Assembly: GCA_049663345.1 (NCBI GenBank) | Contig: JBATDG010000053.1 | Location: forward strand, 42,166 to 106,165 | From: Bacteroidota bacterium | GTDB taxonomy: Bacteria > Bacteroidota > Ignavibacteria > SZUA-365 | Reading direction: 5' to 3' | Length of the DNA: 64,000 nt | Shown here: one piece after another, positions 9,576-21,200 of the stretch | How the letters are laid out: every line of letters begins with the position of its first letter | Numbering within the stretch: position 1 is the stretch's first letter | The notes under the pieces: model-generated | Seen by the model: only the letters and a program-made list of their open reading frames with translations | What the model was told of the DNA's origin: nothing | Databases searched by the model: none | Made by a program: the position numbers and the translations under genes

Positions 9576-9940
9576 TCGTAATCCGTTAGTTGCTCCGACC
9601 GGTGTCCTGATACAGACCCTGTATATCTGAAACCGGAATCTTCGCCCCGCTGCATCAAAGTTGATAGGTGATCAAGATACAAGTGACAACGTTGAAAACG
9701 TGCACATGGTTTCATAATACGCTCAGGCAATACTCAGGTTACAAAGCAAAGTCATTATTTTTTTACACGCTTATTTCCAGCCCGTAATCAAACTCCGGCT
9801 CATCAAACGATCTCACGTTCAGGCTTCCAACGAATTGTAAAACATCGCTGTATTTTATAGTTTCTTTGAATATCCGATACGTGCAGCCTTTGCCTGCGCG
9901 GTGTGCCGTTCCTTATTTCAACACTTGGCATGGACTACGT

Positions 9941-11524
9941 ATGGCTGAAAAAAAAGAACAGTGGGGATCCCGTTTTGGTCTCATTCTCGCTGTTGCCGGA
10001 AATGCTATCGGCCTCGGCAACTTCCTCCGTTTCCCTGTGCAAGCCGCCTCGAACGGTGGAGGCGCTTTCATGATTCCCTACTTCATAGCTTTCCTCCTGC
10101 TGGGCATCCCACTCATGTGGGTGGAATGGGGTATCGGCCGGCATGGCGGGAAGTATGGACACGGGAGCGCTCCGGGAATGTTCGATGTGCTGTGGAACAA
10201 TCCACTGGCAAAATACCTCGGCGTGATGGGACTGTTCATTTCCATGGTTATCCTCATCTACTATACGTACATAGAATCGTGGACACTCGGCTATAGCATT
10301 TTCAGCATGCTGGGGCTTTATCACGGCGAGGAGACTCTGGGGGCTATGCGCGGTTTTCTTTCCAGCTACCAGGGGCTGGAAACCGGCACTCACTTCACCA
10401 ATATCTGGCCTGCGTATGCGTTGATGCTCTTCACGTTCGGGGCAAATTTTTGGGTGCTGTGGCGAGGCCTCTCTGGCGGTATCGAAAAGCTTGCGAAAAT
10501 TGCAATGCCTTTGTTGTTCGCCTTCGCCTTGATTATTATGGTTCGTGTGTTAACCCTCGGAACACCGGATCCTTCTATGCCGGAGAATTCCGTTCTAAAT
10601 GGTCTCGCCTATATATGGAATCCGGACTTCAGTGAACTAGGTAAAGCCAGCGTGTGGATTGCCGCAGCGGGACAGATCTTTTTCACACTCAGCGTGGGTA
10701 TGGGAACGATCCATGCATATGCCAGCTACCTTCGGCCGAAGGATGATATCGCACTCAGCGGACTGACCACGGCAGCCACCAACGAGTTTGCCGAGGTGAT
10801 TCTCGGCGGGACAATCGCCATCCCTGTGGCTGTCGCTTTCTTCGGCCTTGATATGACAAAAGAGATCGCTGCGGGGGGTGCCTTCAATCTCGGGTTTGTT
10901 TCCATGCCCGTGATTTTCGGCAAGATTCCGTTGGGACAGATCTTTGGCTCCCTCTGGTTTTTACTGCTGTTTTTTGCGGGAATCACTTCCTCAGTCGCGA
11001 TGGGACTACCCGTTGTTTCATTTCTCAAGAATCACTTTAGCATGACGCATCGCCGCGCTGTACTGACTCTCGCGGCATTGGTGCTCATCTGTGTCCAGCC
11101 GGTCATCTTTTTCCTCGGGCATGGCTTCCTTGATGAGATGGATTATTGGTCCGGTACATTCGGCCTTGTCGTCTTTGCCACCATCGAGATTATTCTCTTC
11201 GCCTGGGTCTTCAAAATTGATCGCGCCTGGGAAGAAATCAACGCCGGTGCAGACATTCGCATTCCGAAGTTCTTCAAATACGTCATCAAGTACGTCACAC
11301 CCTTGTATTTGCTCATCATCATGGGTGTCTGGTTCTATCAGGATGCCTTTGATATTCTGATGCTGAATAAAACTCCGGGAGGTACCCCGGTCGACCCCGT
11401 TAACGTTCCGTACATCTGGGGCGCTCGTGCACTGATGCTCGGCTTGTTTGCATTGCTCTGTCTCCTCGTCCATTTTGCGTGGAAAAGAAAGCGTCGACAT
11501 CCGAAGGCGGCTGCCGGCAGCTGA
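9941..11524 (+). CDS. Sodium-dependent transporter, neurotransmitter:sodium symporter (NSS/SNF) family
   Basis: NSS signature GNAIGLGNFLRFP near the N-terminus and about 12 hydrophobic segments. Start trimmed to MAEKKEQW. Confidence 0.9.
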   Translation: MAEKKEQWGSRFGLILAVAGNAIGLGNFLRFPVQAASNGGGAFMIPYFIAFLLLGIPLMWVEWGIGRHGGKYGHGSAPGMFDVLWNNPLAKYLGVMGLFISMVILIYYTYIESWTLGYSIFSMLGLYHGEETLGAMRGFLSSYQGLETGTHFTNIWPAYALMLFTFGANFWVLWRGLSGGIEKLAKIAMPLLFAFALIIMVRVLTLGTPDPSMPENSVLNGLAYIWNPDFSELGKASVWIAAAGQIFFTLSVGMGTIHAYASYLRPKDDIALSGLTTAATNEFAEVILGGTIAIPVAVAFFGLDMTKEIAAGGAFNLGFVSMPVIFGKIPLGQIFGSLWFLLLFFAGITSSVAMGLPVVSFLKNHFSMTHRRAVLTLAALVLICVQPVIFFLGHGFLDEMDYWSGTFGLVVFATIEIILFAWVFKIDRAWEEINAGADIRIPKFFKYVIKYVTPLYLLIIMGVWFYQDAFDILMLNKTPGGTPVDPVNVPYIWGARALMLGLFALLCLLVHFAWKRKRRHPKAAAGS

Positions 11525-11569
11525 TAACAACGTTTGGGGAGGATGTTCGGAGAAGGGGTGACGAATGAT

Positions 11570-12499
11570 TCAGTCTATGACGGGCTGAATGACGGATATT
11601 TTATGGCGCTCCGCATCGACAAGCACACGGCTTCCGATGGGGAGCGTAATTTTATCTGGAATATGGCCGAAGGGAATTCCACTGAGTACCGGAACGCCGA
11701 GCGGCAGAAAATATTCCTTCATCACATCGACAAGTTCGCGGTTCGGTGTATCGATTGGAATCGACGTAAAGCTCCCCAGCAGTACAGCAGAAAGGCTGCT
11801 CAGAACTCCTGCCTGTTTGAGCTGCAGGAGCATTCGGTCAATGCGGTATACCGATTCTCCCACATCCTCAAGAAAAAGCACTGCTCCATCGAAATCCGGG
11901 ATCCAGGGGGTTCCTACCAGGGAGCAAAGTACCGCAAGATTGCCGCCGAGAAGCGTCCCTTCCGCCGCTCCGCCTTGCAAAACTTCAGTGCCTTCGCATT
12001 CCGGCAATACACGGGTTGTTCGGCGTCGGCGCAGCATTTCCCATAATGCATTCGCCGCCATGGGACGAATGCCGGAAGCGAATTCCGCCGCAACCATAGG
12101 ACCGGCGAAGGTTATCAGTCCGGCTTTGGCATACATCGCGAGCGAAAGTGCGGTGATATCACTGAATCCGACGAGAATTTTGGGATGCTCGCGGATAAAT
12201 GAGTAGTCAAGATGATCGAGCAGGCGTGCAGAGCCGTATCCCCCGCGCGTACAGAAAATGGCACGAACGCGATCATCTTCGAACATCTCCATTATGTCAT
12301 CGGCTCGTACCTGATCTGATCCAGCGAAATATCCATCACTCGCACCGACACTCCACCCAATTCGCGTGTAAAATCCCTCCGCCAGCAACGCGGATACGCC
12401 GCGCATTATAAGCGCTTCATCGCGTGGCGGACTAGCCGGCGAGACCAAACCGATCAGATCGCCGGTTCGCAATCGTGGAGGAATAATTGATTCTATCAC
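11570..12499 (-). CDS. ldcA: LD-carboxypeptidase (peptidase S66, muramoyl-tetrapeptide carboxypeptidase)
   Basis: Family hallmarks GDLIGLVSPAS, GFSDITAL (active-site Ser), and C-terminal GxxFGH. It shares its start with the dapA stop, suggesting an operon. Confidence 0.8.
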   Translation of the reverse strand: MIESIIPPRLRTGDLIGLVSPASPPRDEALIMRGVSALLAEGFYTRIGWSVGASDGYFAGSDQVRADDIMEMFEDDRVRAIFCTRGGYGSARLLDHLDYSFIREHPKILVGFSDITALSLAMYAKAGLITFAGPMVAAEFASGIRPMAANALWEMLRRRRTTRVLPECEGTEVLQGGAAEGTLLGGNLAVLCSLVGTPWIPDFDGAVLFLEDVGESVYRIDRMLLQLKQAGVLSSLSAVLLGSFTSIPIDTPNRELVDVMKEYFLPLGVPVLSGIPFGHIPDKITLPIGSRVLVDAERHKISVIQPVID

Positions 12500-13389
12500 T
12501 ATCGAAGGAGGTCCAATGATGTGAGAATGTTTTTCAAAGCTTCCCTGTTGCTCGCCTGCATCGGAACCAACGGCAGTCTGAAACGCTCTTCAATGAGGCC
12601 CATCATCGCCATCGCTGTTTTCACTGGAGCGGGACTTGATTCAATGAAGTTACCGCGCAGCAGATCTATCAATCTGTAATGAATTTCCCGGGCTTTCACG
12701 AAATCGCCCTCCAATGCCAGATGGATCATATGGGAGAATTCAGAAGGCATCTCATTTGAGATCACAGAAATGACGCCATCCATTCCGATAGCTATTTGTG
12801 CAACTGCCAGATCATCATCACCGGAGAGCACAGAAAATCCCTCTGGTCGTCCCTTCACGATATCGTAGATTTGACTAAAATTAGCGCTGGCCTCTTTAGT
12901 TGCTATTACATTCTCAATTTCAGCGATTCTCAACTGTGTTTCGGCTGTGATATTGCCGCCCGTTCTCCCAGGCACATTGTACATTACGACGCCGCATTGA
13001 ACCGCATCCGCCACTGCCTCGTAGTGTTGATAATATCCTTCTTGAGAGGGTTTGTTGTAGTAGGGACCAACGACCAGAACCGCATCCACACCGCGGGCTT
13101 CTGCCAGTTTCGCGTTTGCAATGGTTTTCGCAGTTGAATTTGAACCGACCCCTGCGATGACTGGGACTCGTCCGTTGGAAACTTCAACCACTGTCTCAAG
13201 AATCTGCAGAAATTCATTTTCTTCCAACGTGACAGCTTCACCTGTAGTACCGCACGGAACTAGCATATCAACACCATTCTCAATCTGGCGCAGGGTAAGC
13301 TGACGCATGACAGCCAAATCAACCTCACCATCTGTTTTGAAAGGCGTGATGAGAGCTGTTCCTAATCCGCTAAGCCTGGGAAATGTCAT
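12499..13389 (-). CDS. dapA: 4-hydroxy-tetrahydrodipicolinate synthase
   Basis: The N-terminus G(T)ALITPF...VPCGTTGE and an internal YN(V)P motif are characteristic of DapA/NAL-family aldolases. It overlaps dapB by 20 nt. Confidence 0.9.
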   Translation of the reverse strand: MTFPRLSGLGTALITPFKTDGEVDLAVMRQLTLRQIENGVDMLVPCGTTGEAVTLEENEFLQILETVVEVSNGRVPVIAGVGSNSTAKTIANAKLAEARGVDAVLVVGPYYNKPSQEGYYQHYEAVADAVQCGVVMYNVPGRTGGNITAETQLRIAEIENVIATKEASANFSQIYDIVKGRPEGFSVLSGDDDLAVAQIAIGMDGVISVISNEMPSEFSHMIHLALEGDFVKAREIHYRLIDLLRGNFIESSPAPVKTAMAMMGLIEERFRLPLVPMQASNREALKNILTSLDLLR

Positions 13390-14128
13390 TGATCAGATCC
13401 TTTAATGTATACATTCCTTGTTTATCGCATATCCACTGCGCTGCAAGAAGCGCTCCTTCCGCAAACCCCCGCCGTCCTTTTGCGCGATGCATCAGCTCTA
13501 TACTATCAGAAGCGCTGTCGATTAGAATAGAGTGGTCGCCGAAGACAGATCCCACTCTGGATGAAGTCACGTAGAGCGCTTCGGGATCTGCTTTCTTGCT
13601 TTGGACCGTTGTTTCGATTATTGTTTTCTTGCTATTCACATCAAGTATGCTTCGTGCAAGCATGAGAGCTGTTCCGCTCGGCGCATCCATTTTCCCGGTA
13701 TGATGCACCTCGTGCACGGCTATATCATATTGCCCGAAATCTCTCAGTAGACTGGCAGCAAAAGTAGTGATGCGGTCGAAGAGATAGATGCCCAATGAGA
13801 AATTATTTGCTTGCATACACGCTCCCCCGGATGTCTTGAGCGCCTCCTCCACAGCAGCCATATTCCCTTCCCAGCCCGTCGTGCCGCTGACAACCGGCAA
13901 TCCGGCATTAACACATGCGAGGATGTTTTTCAACGCCTGATCAGGGGTTGTAAACTCAACGCAGACATCAACCCCCCGACCCATTAAATCATCGATGCTT
14001 TCATAGAATCGTTTGTCTTCTGGGTCGACGATGAAAGGTTCAGGCCATCCGCGCTCTGTAATAATGCCATGGATCTCCTGTCCCATTCTGCCATAACCGA
14101 TCAAAGCAATGCGTGGATTTGCTTTCAT
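13370..14128 (-). CDS. dapB: 4-hydroxy-tetrahydrodipicolinate reductase
   Basis: N-terminal Rossmann motif IALIGYGRMGQ and an E(V)HH(T)GK(M)DAPSGTA substrate-binding motif. Confidence 0.9.
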   Translation of the reverse strand: MKANPRIALIGYGRMGQEIHGIITERGWPEPFIVDPEDKRFYESIDDLMGRGVDVCVEFTTPDQALKNILACVNAGLPVVSGTTGWEGNMAAVEEALKTSGGACMQANNFSLGIYLFDRITTFAASLLRDFGQYDIAVHEVHHTGKMDAPSGTALMLARSILDVNSKKTIIETTVQSKKADPEALYVTSSRVGSVFGDHSILIDSASDSIELMHRAKGRRGFAEGALLAAQWICDKQGMYTLKDLINDISQA

Positions 14129-15138
14129 GGACGCCTCAATGCATGATAAAGTCTGATGTATAATTCTTTCGCTTCGTTAATCGCAGCAATTGAGATTCTT
14201 TCATGTGCAGTATGTGCCTCGTGAATGGACCCAGGTCCGAAGAGCAGGCATTTACCCATAGAACATAGATACGGTATATCCGTCCCGAATGAAACCGGTT
14301 GTTTTGCAAACCCTTCCACCGTCGTTAATATCTGCGGCTGAGAAATAGAATGGAATTGCACCACAGCCCTGCCATCTACTATAGCACGAACCTGCCGTTT
14401 CCTTTCCTCAGCGTCATCGACAATGCGATGCATTACTGTTGCCTTCGCGGCGGGTGCAAGAGTATTCATTGCTACACCGCCGTCAATCATGCCCACATTA
14501 AACGTAGCTTCGCCGAGCAAAGTGTTCTTGCCCCAATCGGCAGTACGGATATCCTGTAAAATATCAAGCATGATGTGAAGCGCTGAGACGCCCTGATGAG
14601 GATATGCGCTATGCGCCGCCTTGCCTTCTACGGTGATAGTATAGCTGACGACACCTTTGTGTCCTGAGGCAAGTATGTTATCTGTCGGTTCGCCCACGAT
14701 AATATATTCTGCTTTTCGCCCCGAGGCCGCGGCTGTCTTCGCACCAATGCTGTCTGTTTCCTCACCAACGACAAACAAGTAGGCGGGTGTATGACCGTCT
14801 TGTATCAATGAGTCTCCAGCAGACAGCATTGCGGCGATGATTCCCTTGGTATCGCAAGCTCCTCTTCCGCTGAGGGTGTCCCCGTCAATCTGTGCCGGAA
14901 AAAAGGGCGGGACGGTATCCACGTGGGTACAAAACACAACATCCGTGGACTGATTCCAGCCTGCATAAATATTCCATCTCCCATCGCTCACTTCCTCACG
15001 CTCAATCATCATTTTCATGTCTCTAAGCATGTTTTCCAATGACTCAAGGACGGCACGTTCCGAGCCCGTCACCGAAGGGATGTTTATCAACTCTTGAGCT
15101 ATCTGTACGAGTGCGATATGTTTTTCGGCGATATTCAT
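14125..15138 (-). CDS. M20-family metallopeptidase (ArgE/DapE-like deacylase; plausibly the N-acyl-diaminopimelate deacylase of the lysine pathway)
   Basis: Metal-ligand motifs HVDTVPP, GRGACDTKG, and VGEETDSIG. In an operon with dapB/dapA. Start trimmed to MNIAEKH. Confidence 0.75.
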   Translation of the reverse strand: MNIAEKHIALVQIAQELINIPSVTGSERAVLESLENMLRDMKMMIEREEVSDGRWNIYAGWNQSTDVVFCTHVDTVPPFFPAQIDGDTLSGRGACDTKGIIAAMLSAGDSLIQDGHTPAYLFVVGEETDSIGAKTAAASGRKAEYIIVGEPTDNILASGHKGVVSYTITVEGKAAHSAYPHQGVSALHIMLDILQDIRTADWGKNTLLGEATFNVGMIDGGVAMNTLAPAAKATVMHRIVDDAEERKRQVRAIVDGRAVVQFHSISQPQILTTVEGFAKQPVSFGTDIPYLCSMGKCLLFGPGSIHEAHTAHERISIAAINEAKELYIRLYHALRRP

Positions 15139-15162
15139 GTCCGGAAATATACGAGAGTCTGA

Positions 15163-15200
15163 GCAAAAAAAAAAGCGTCCCACCCTTTCGGGTGGGACGC
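15163..15200 (-). terminator. Rho-independent terminator of the giant cargo gene (11-bp GC-rich stem GCGTCCCACCC/GGGTGGGACGC, tttc loop, U10 tail on the - strand)
   Basis: A10 run at 15165-15174 on + becomes a U-run 3' of the hairpin on the - strand. It lies about 30 nt after the stop at 15233. Confidence 0.7.
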
Positions 15201-15232
15201 ACGGTCGGGCGGATATATCCAACCCTATTCGA

Positions 15233-18200
15233 TTACTTCAGCAGGGTCATCTTGCGAGTCTGCGAGAAGTCGCCAGCAACCATCTTCAAGATGTAGTTAC
15301 CCGAGGGTACCTGCACACCGAGATCATTGGTAGCGTTCCAGACAACTTCGTACGAGCCAGCATCAACTGATTCGTTGACGAGAGTCTTCACCTTGTTGCC
15401 GAGGAGGTCATAGACAACCACGGAAACCTGAGTGGACTTCGGCAGCGAGTAGCTGATCATAGTCGTCGGGTTGAACGGATTCGGATAGTTCTGGCTCAGT
15501 GCGAACGCTGCCGGAGCAGTGTTGCCTGTGCTGAGGATAAGGTCCTTCGTGAGCTTCAGGCGATATCCCGGACGGCTCGCAGGATCGTTGTAAGGCGGTG
15601 AAGACTGCGTCGTATAGAGACCGTCAGTCGCCTCAACGTACCAAACGATGTCCTGAGATTTCGTCGTCGGCAATCCAGAAATGATGTCGATGATGCCAGC
15701 AAGCTGTCCATGATTGCTCGTGAACGTTGCTTCCTTACCCTGGTCATCAGATGCGAAGTCAACGGCGCGAGTCAGACTTGCAGCGTCAACAAAACGGATC
15801 ATATAGGTGACTTCATCAGAGAAGGTTGCCGGATCAAAGCGGGAGATCTGGATGTTGGTGTACGGATCCTGCGGTGCAGCCTTGACCCATGTGAACTGCT
15901 CCTGATCGATAGCATGCATAAGCTTCAACTCGGTCTGATCGGCCGGTGTCTGCAATGCAAACGGATTCGGAGCATGGTCAAGAATCTGGTACGGATCGGT
16001 ACGACCGTCGATGGTATTGTCGATGGAGGCATATGCCAGGACCCACTGACGCTCTTCATTCTTCGAGTCGATGCGGCGGAGACGGGACGCCAAGAAGTAG
16101 TTGGTCGTACCCTTGATAAACACCTCACCTGAGAAGATATCGGAGAGACCAGGCTGGTTCTGATCGAACTCACCCGGGAAGCGGGCCGTGAAGCGCGTGC
16201 GGATCGTCCGGTCGGAAACGACGTTCAGATAACGATCACGCGGCGACACCACCAATTCATAACGACGGAGAAGATAAACTTCGTCAGGATTACCGGTTGC
16301 GCCAGTAATGTCGACGAGGTAGTTCGTGATTTCATCGGCACCGAAGTTCATCGTTGCAGATGTCTGGTTGAGGTTCGCAATAGTCGGGGTAACTTCGATG
16401 GTCACGCCCTTGCCTGCCATTGTATGAACGATGCACACGATTGCGACACCATCCTTGAAAGCGGACGCAGGAATTGACCATTCGTTGGGACCGATTGACG
16501 TAAGTGCGGTACCATCCTGAGTGATGAGTGCCCAGGTGTAACCGTCCGGATCGCTGTTCCAGCTGGCTTGACTCGTATCCGTGTTAGCGGTCGAACCATT
16601 GAGCTTGAGCGTCGTTGCCGGATTGTTTTTGCTCGGGCTATCCCAGTCACGAATGATGTTGCCGTTTTCGTCGCGAGCGGTCAGAGTGAAGCAGATCTCT
16701 TCGCCTACGAGGGCGTTGATATCGGGGTCACCAGCCATCGGATCGATTTCAACGCCGCCGCCCTTGAGCTTGGTAAGCGCAAGACGGAACGGACCGCTGA
16801 CAATCCAATGCGGCTGACAGCTCGTCGGGCTCCAACGACTTGTGTCGCCATTGAGCGCAAGTGCAGGATCGGTAAAGATGCCCGGTACAAACGGGAATTC
16901 TACCTGCTCCAGCGGGAGAGCGTCATTGACGTTGAAGTCCTTGGTATAAACGAACCATTCGATCTTAACAGAATCAGCACTCGTGCTCGTAGGATCGGAG
17001 GAGAATCCAGCGAAGAGAGCATCGAGATCGGAAGTCGGAACCTGGATACCGGTTGAGGTACCACCGTCAATGACGATGACTGTACCAATTGCGGCACCCT
17101 TACCAACCGGGAACGTGGAGACCACACGACCGACCCACATGTAAGACAGGGTATCGATTGTGCGTGAGGGATCCAGTTCCCACTTACGGGTTGACGGGTT
17201 GTAAATCATGAACGGACCGGGGTCGCCGACAAGGTTATTGTCGAGGACGTCGCCCTTGCGATTATTGATATCGCTAGCAGCACTCCACAGCACGTCAAGT
17301 GGGGTCGTACCATCAACGAATTCGGTTCCACCATCCGGCGGCTGAACAGCAGTCGGCGGGGAATCCGGGAGACGGTTGATGGAAATCACCAGCGGCTCGG
17401 TCGGCAGCGGGTTGTTGCGGACGGTTGCACCAGCCGTATCGGAGTAGGTCTCAAGACCAGCGATCTTGCTGAATGCGCGCACAAACCACTTCACACGCAT
17501 AACCAGGGAATCCCGGTTGGGCTGCGGAAGCATGTTCGGGCGGAACAACAATTCGCGAACCTTGTCGCCACTCAACGTGAGGGACGGATTCTTTCCATCG
17601 TTGTCAGCAAGGATGCTGACGGTGAGGGACTGAGTTCCACCGACACTGTCGATGATCGCATACCACTCGTAGCGGATGGTATCGTTGGGGTTGTTGTAGG
17701 TCGGGTCAGAATAACGTGCGGGCTGCCACTGGAGACGCAGGAAGTCCTGAGTCAGACCATCATACTTGACACCAAGGGTGTCGAGGCAGTTGCCCGTGTG
17801 ATCCATGCGGAACAGCGAAGTGTTCGACAGGGCCGGGGTGCTCAGAGTAAAGTTATTCGGAGCATACGGCATCTTGATCGCGACCGGACGGATGGCGATT
17901 GCGTTCGCCGGGAGAATACCGTCACGGAGGAGCTCGCCTGCGCGGTCACCAACAGCATCGCCGAGACGTTTGTCATCCGGCTTCATACCGAGGAAGTCAT
18001 TGCGGTTACCCGCAGAGACGAGCGACAGGTTATACAGGATAATGGAATCCTGACGGAGCTGATTGTTCTGCGGGAAACCAACAGGCTTGGCCTCGAAGTA
18101 ACGACCACCACCAGTAATCTCAAGATTACCGGAAGCGCCCATTGCGTTCACGTTGGTGAATTCCCACGTCGTATGACGTGTGCCGAGATTGACATACATC

Positions 18201-21200
18201 GAATCGCGCATGTTCTGGTTGCCATAACGATCGTACGGGGTAACCGAATAGGTGTACCACTGATCGCGGAAGATGGTGTCAGGACGTGCAAACGGTGTAT
18301 TAGCGTTGTTCGGAATCTGATCGATGGTCGCTCCATGACGGATCTGACCATAGATACGGGAGAAGATTTCAAACTGATTGATCGGGGTGCCATACGGATC
18401 CGGGTAGAACATCGGGCTAACGCGGGGAAGCGTATCGATGTCAGCCTGAATCGGGAGGATACCAACGGGCAGCGTTGACTTGTCAAACGTGTTGGCAGTG
18501 ATGTCGTAGCTGCTCGGGAAGATTGACGTAAAGGCAATGCGATACGGCACAACTACGAAGGTGTGACGCAAGCGGTTGGTGCGGGCCGGACCGAAGAACT
18601 GACGAACAGCAGCAACCATGAGACCATGGGTCGAACGGTTGACGCGCTGAATCGGAAGCTCGCCGATACGGTTGACGGACATGTTCGGACCCTGGATGTC
18701 AGTCACATTGATGTCGAAGTACGTATCATCAAGGTGGAACAGCGGGTTGAACGGATCCAGACGGTTGGCACGACGCACGATTGTCGCCTTTGCCTGATCG
18801 TAGCTGAGGGTATCGTCAACAACGTTGCCGGCCATATCCATAAGATCGGGCGCAACAACGCGGAGGTCGATGACCTGCTCGGAAGTTGAATCGACAACGC
18901 GGAGGAATGCACCAGGAGCGAAGGTGAGATTCGTGTTACCGAAGACACTAACTTCGCGACCAAAGGCGCTACCCAGGACGGCTGCGCGACGATTGAAATC
19001 GCCGAACACCTGACCGGTTGCATCGCTACCACCACTCATGCCAACACCAAAGCGGGTACGGAATGACTGGATGGCAGGAAGCGGGTTGCCGCGGTGAGGC
19101 AAGCCGGCGCGGAGATAGTCGCTCGGCAGCCAGTTGCTCACTCCAATACGAGTGATGCGATCGCCTTCGCCGGTCAACTTGTAGAAGCCAGGATTGCCCA
19201 TGTCAGTACGGGTACCCATGAATTCAGCGCGCGTTGCAGCTGCCTTCAGAGCAGAAAGCGTACCAGTGTAGGTATAGACAGTATCCGCATACAGACGACC
19301 GTATTCACGGGTCTGTCCGGGGATGAGATAAGCATTACCACCAGTCGGGGGATCGTTTTCCCAGATCGGGGTCGCGCGAAGCAGCACCGGACGACGATCG
19401 TCCTTCGTTGCCAATGCACCATCCCAGTTCTGGCCAACGCCACTGGTACCAATACCATCACCACCACCAGCAATCGTGATATCAAAGATCGTTCCGTCAC
19501 GACGTGCACCGGAAGGAACAGTGTACTTGTTGCCACCGTTGTTCAGGTCGTTGTAGCGATCGTTGGGGGAAGTCTGCGGGTTGAGGTTGTTGTAAGCATC
19601 GAGCTTCAAGTATGTCGGGAGACCCGAATACGGATTGCGCTCGAAATCAGGATTGACACTGCCATCCGGCAGGAACAATGCGTCACCGTCCTTATCGAGA
19701 GGTACGTTGTCTTCGTTGACACACTCGTACTTACCGACAGGAATCGGGCTGATGTTGCGTTTGTAAACCTGGGAGATAAGGATGTTATCCACACCCTGAT
19801 CGGTCAGGCCGTGCTGGTTGACATCGCCACCAAGCGGCATCGCGATGTTGATAACCGGCGGGAACTTGATTGTACGGGCTTCGGGAAGTCCATCGAGCTC
19901 AAACTGGCCGACGGGACCCACGCCCGGTCCGAGTGCCGAATAATCTTGACCGGCACGGAGGATATCAAAGCGGGTCGGGCTCTTCATTACTGAAACAACC
20001 TTCACCGTATCGCGATGAATATTCACCGGACCCGAACCATTCAGAACTGCTGTTGCAGTGACTTCAAAGAACACTGTTGCGTTCGCAAGCTTTGGCGTCG
20101 GATACTCAAGTGCGGTAAAGAACGCGGTCTGGTTGATGTGCACACCGGAAACGAGGTTACCGATACGGGTGTGACGATAGCGTGCTTTACGCATCGGGCC
20201 GAATTCGTCACGCGTCCAGTTGCTTGCGGGAGCAATCGTGCCAGCGCCGGAATACGGTGCGGGAGCACTGCCCCAGTTGTCGCCCCACATGCGGAAACGC
20301 ACGCGAGCGGTATCTTCGAATTCCGAGAAGTTGTCAACGAGGTTACCGAAACGATCGTATTCGCGAGCAAGAAGCGTCACGGTACGGCCGGCGGTGATCG
20401 ACTTGACATCCATCGGATCTGCGTTCGTCATGTTGAGGGTGTCAACGATGTACGGACGAATGTTCGTGTTGGCTACGCCGTTGTAGTGAGTCGCACGGTC
20501 TTCCTGCGCAAGCGGGTTGGCCGAGTATGCGAAGAACTTCGGAGCGTAGGAATCAATCTGCGCGAGCGAGGAACCAGCATCGATATAAACCGAGTGGTGC
20601 TCGAGAACCTGCAGCTTGACGAGATCGACAGGCAGAGGAATCGGGGAGGTCGCCGCAGCGCTGTACGGGAAGATCTCCGCGCGAACCGTGGTGTCTGCTT
20701 TCTGGTAGATCGGGATGATCACACGCGGTGCGAAACCACGCTTGGTGGGACCAACCACTGTACCTTCGCCGAGGTTGCGGCCGAGATCGCTGATGTCAAA
20801 CGCCAAAGTATCCGGCGTCATGGCAACACGCACGATCTGCCAGCCAACGCGACCGGAGACGAAGTACGAAGTGACCCAACCTGCCTGAGCGGTATCACCA
20901 ATGGTGGTACGTTTCAGGGTGTCATCTGTAATAAAGACCTGACCGAATTCACCGAAGCCACCGCGAGCGGTTGTGCTCTGGAGCTGGGTTTTCGGCGGTG
21001 TGACAGGCACGGTCTCGCTCTCAACAAAGAACTTGACCAGACGGCCACCAACAGGGTTCTGGAAGCGATCAAGAAGACGCGCGACCAAACGGAGCTGTTT
21101 GTTGTGCTCGGAAACGACGATGGTATCCATCGGGATCGGGCAGGTTGCGTCATGATCGAGATCAATGTCGCTGGCCTGGAAACTACCGATACCCTGATCG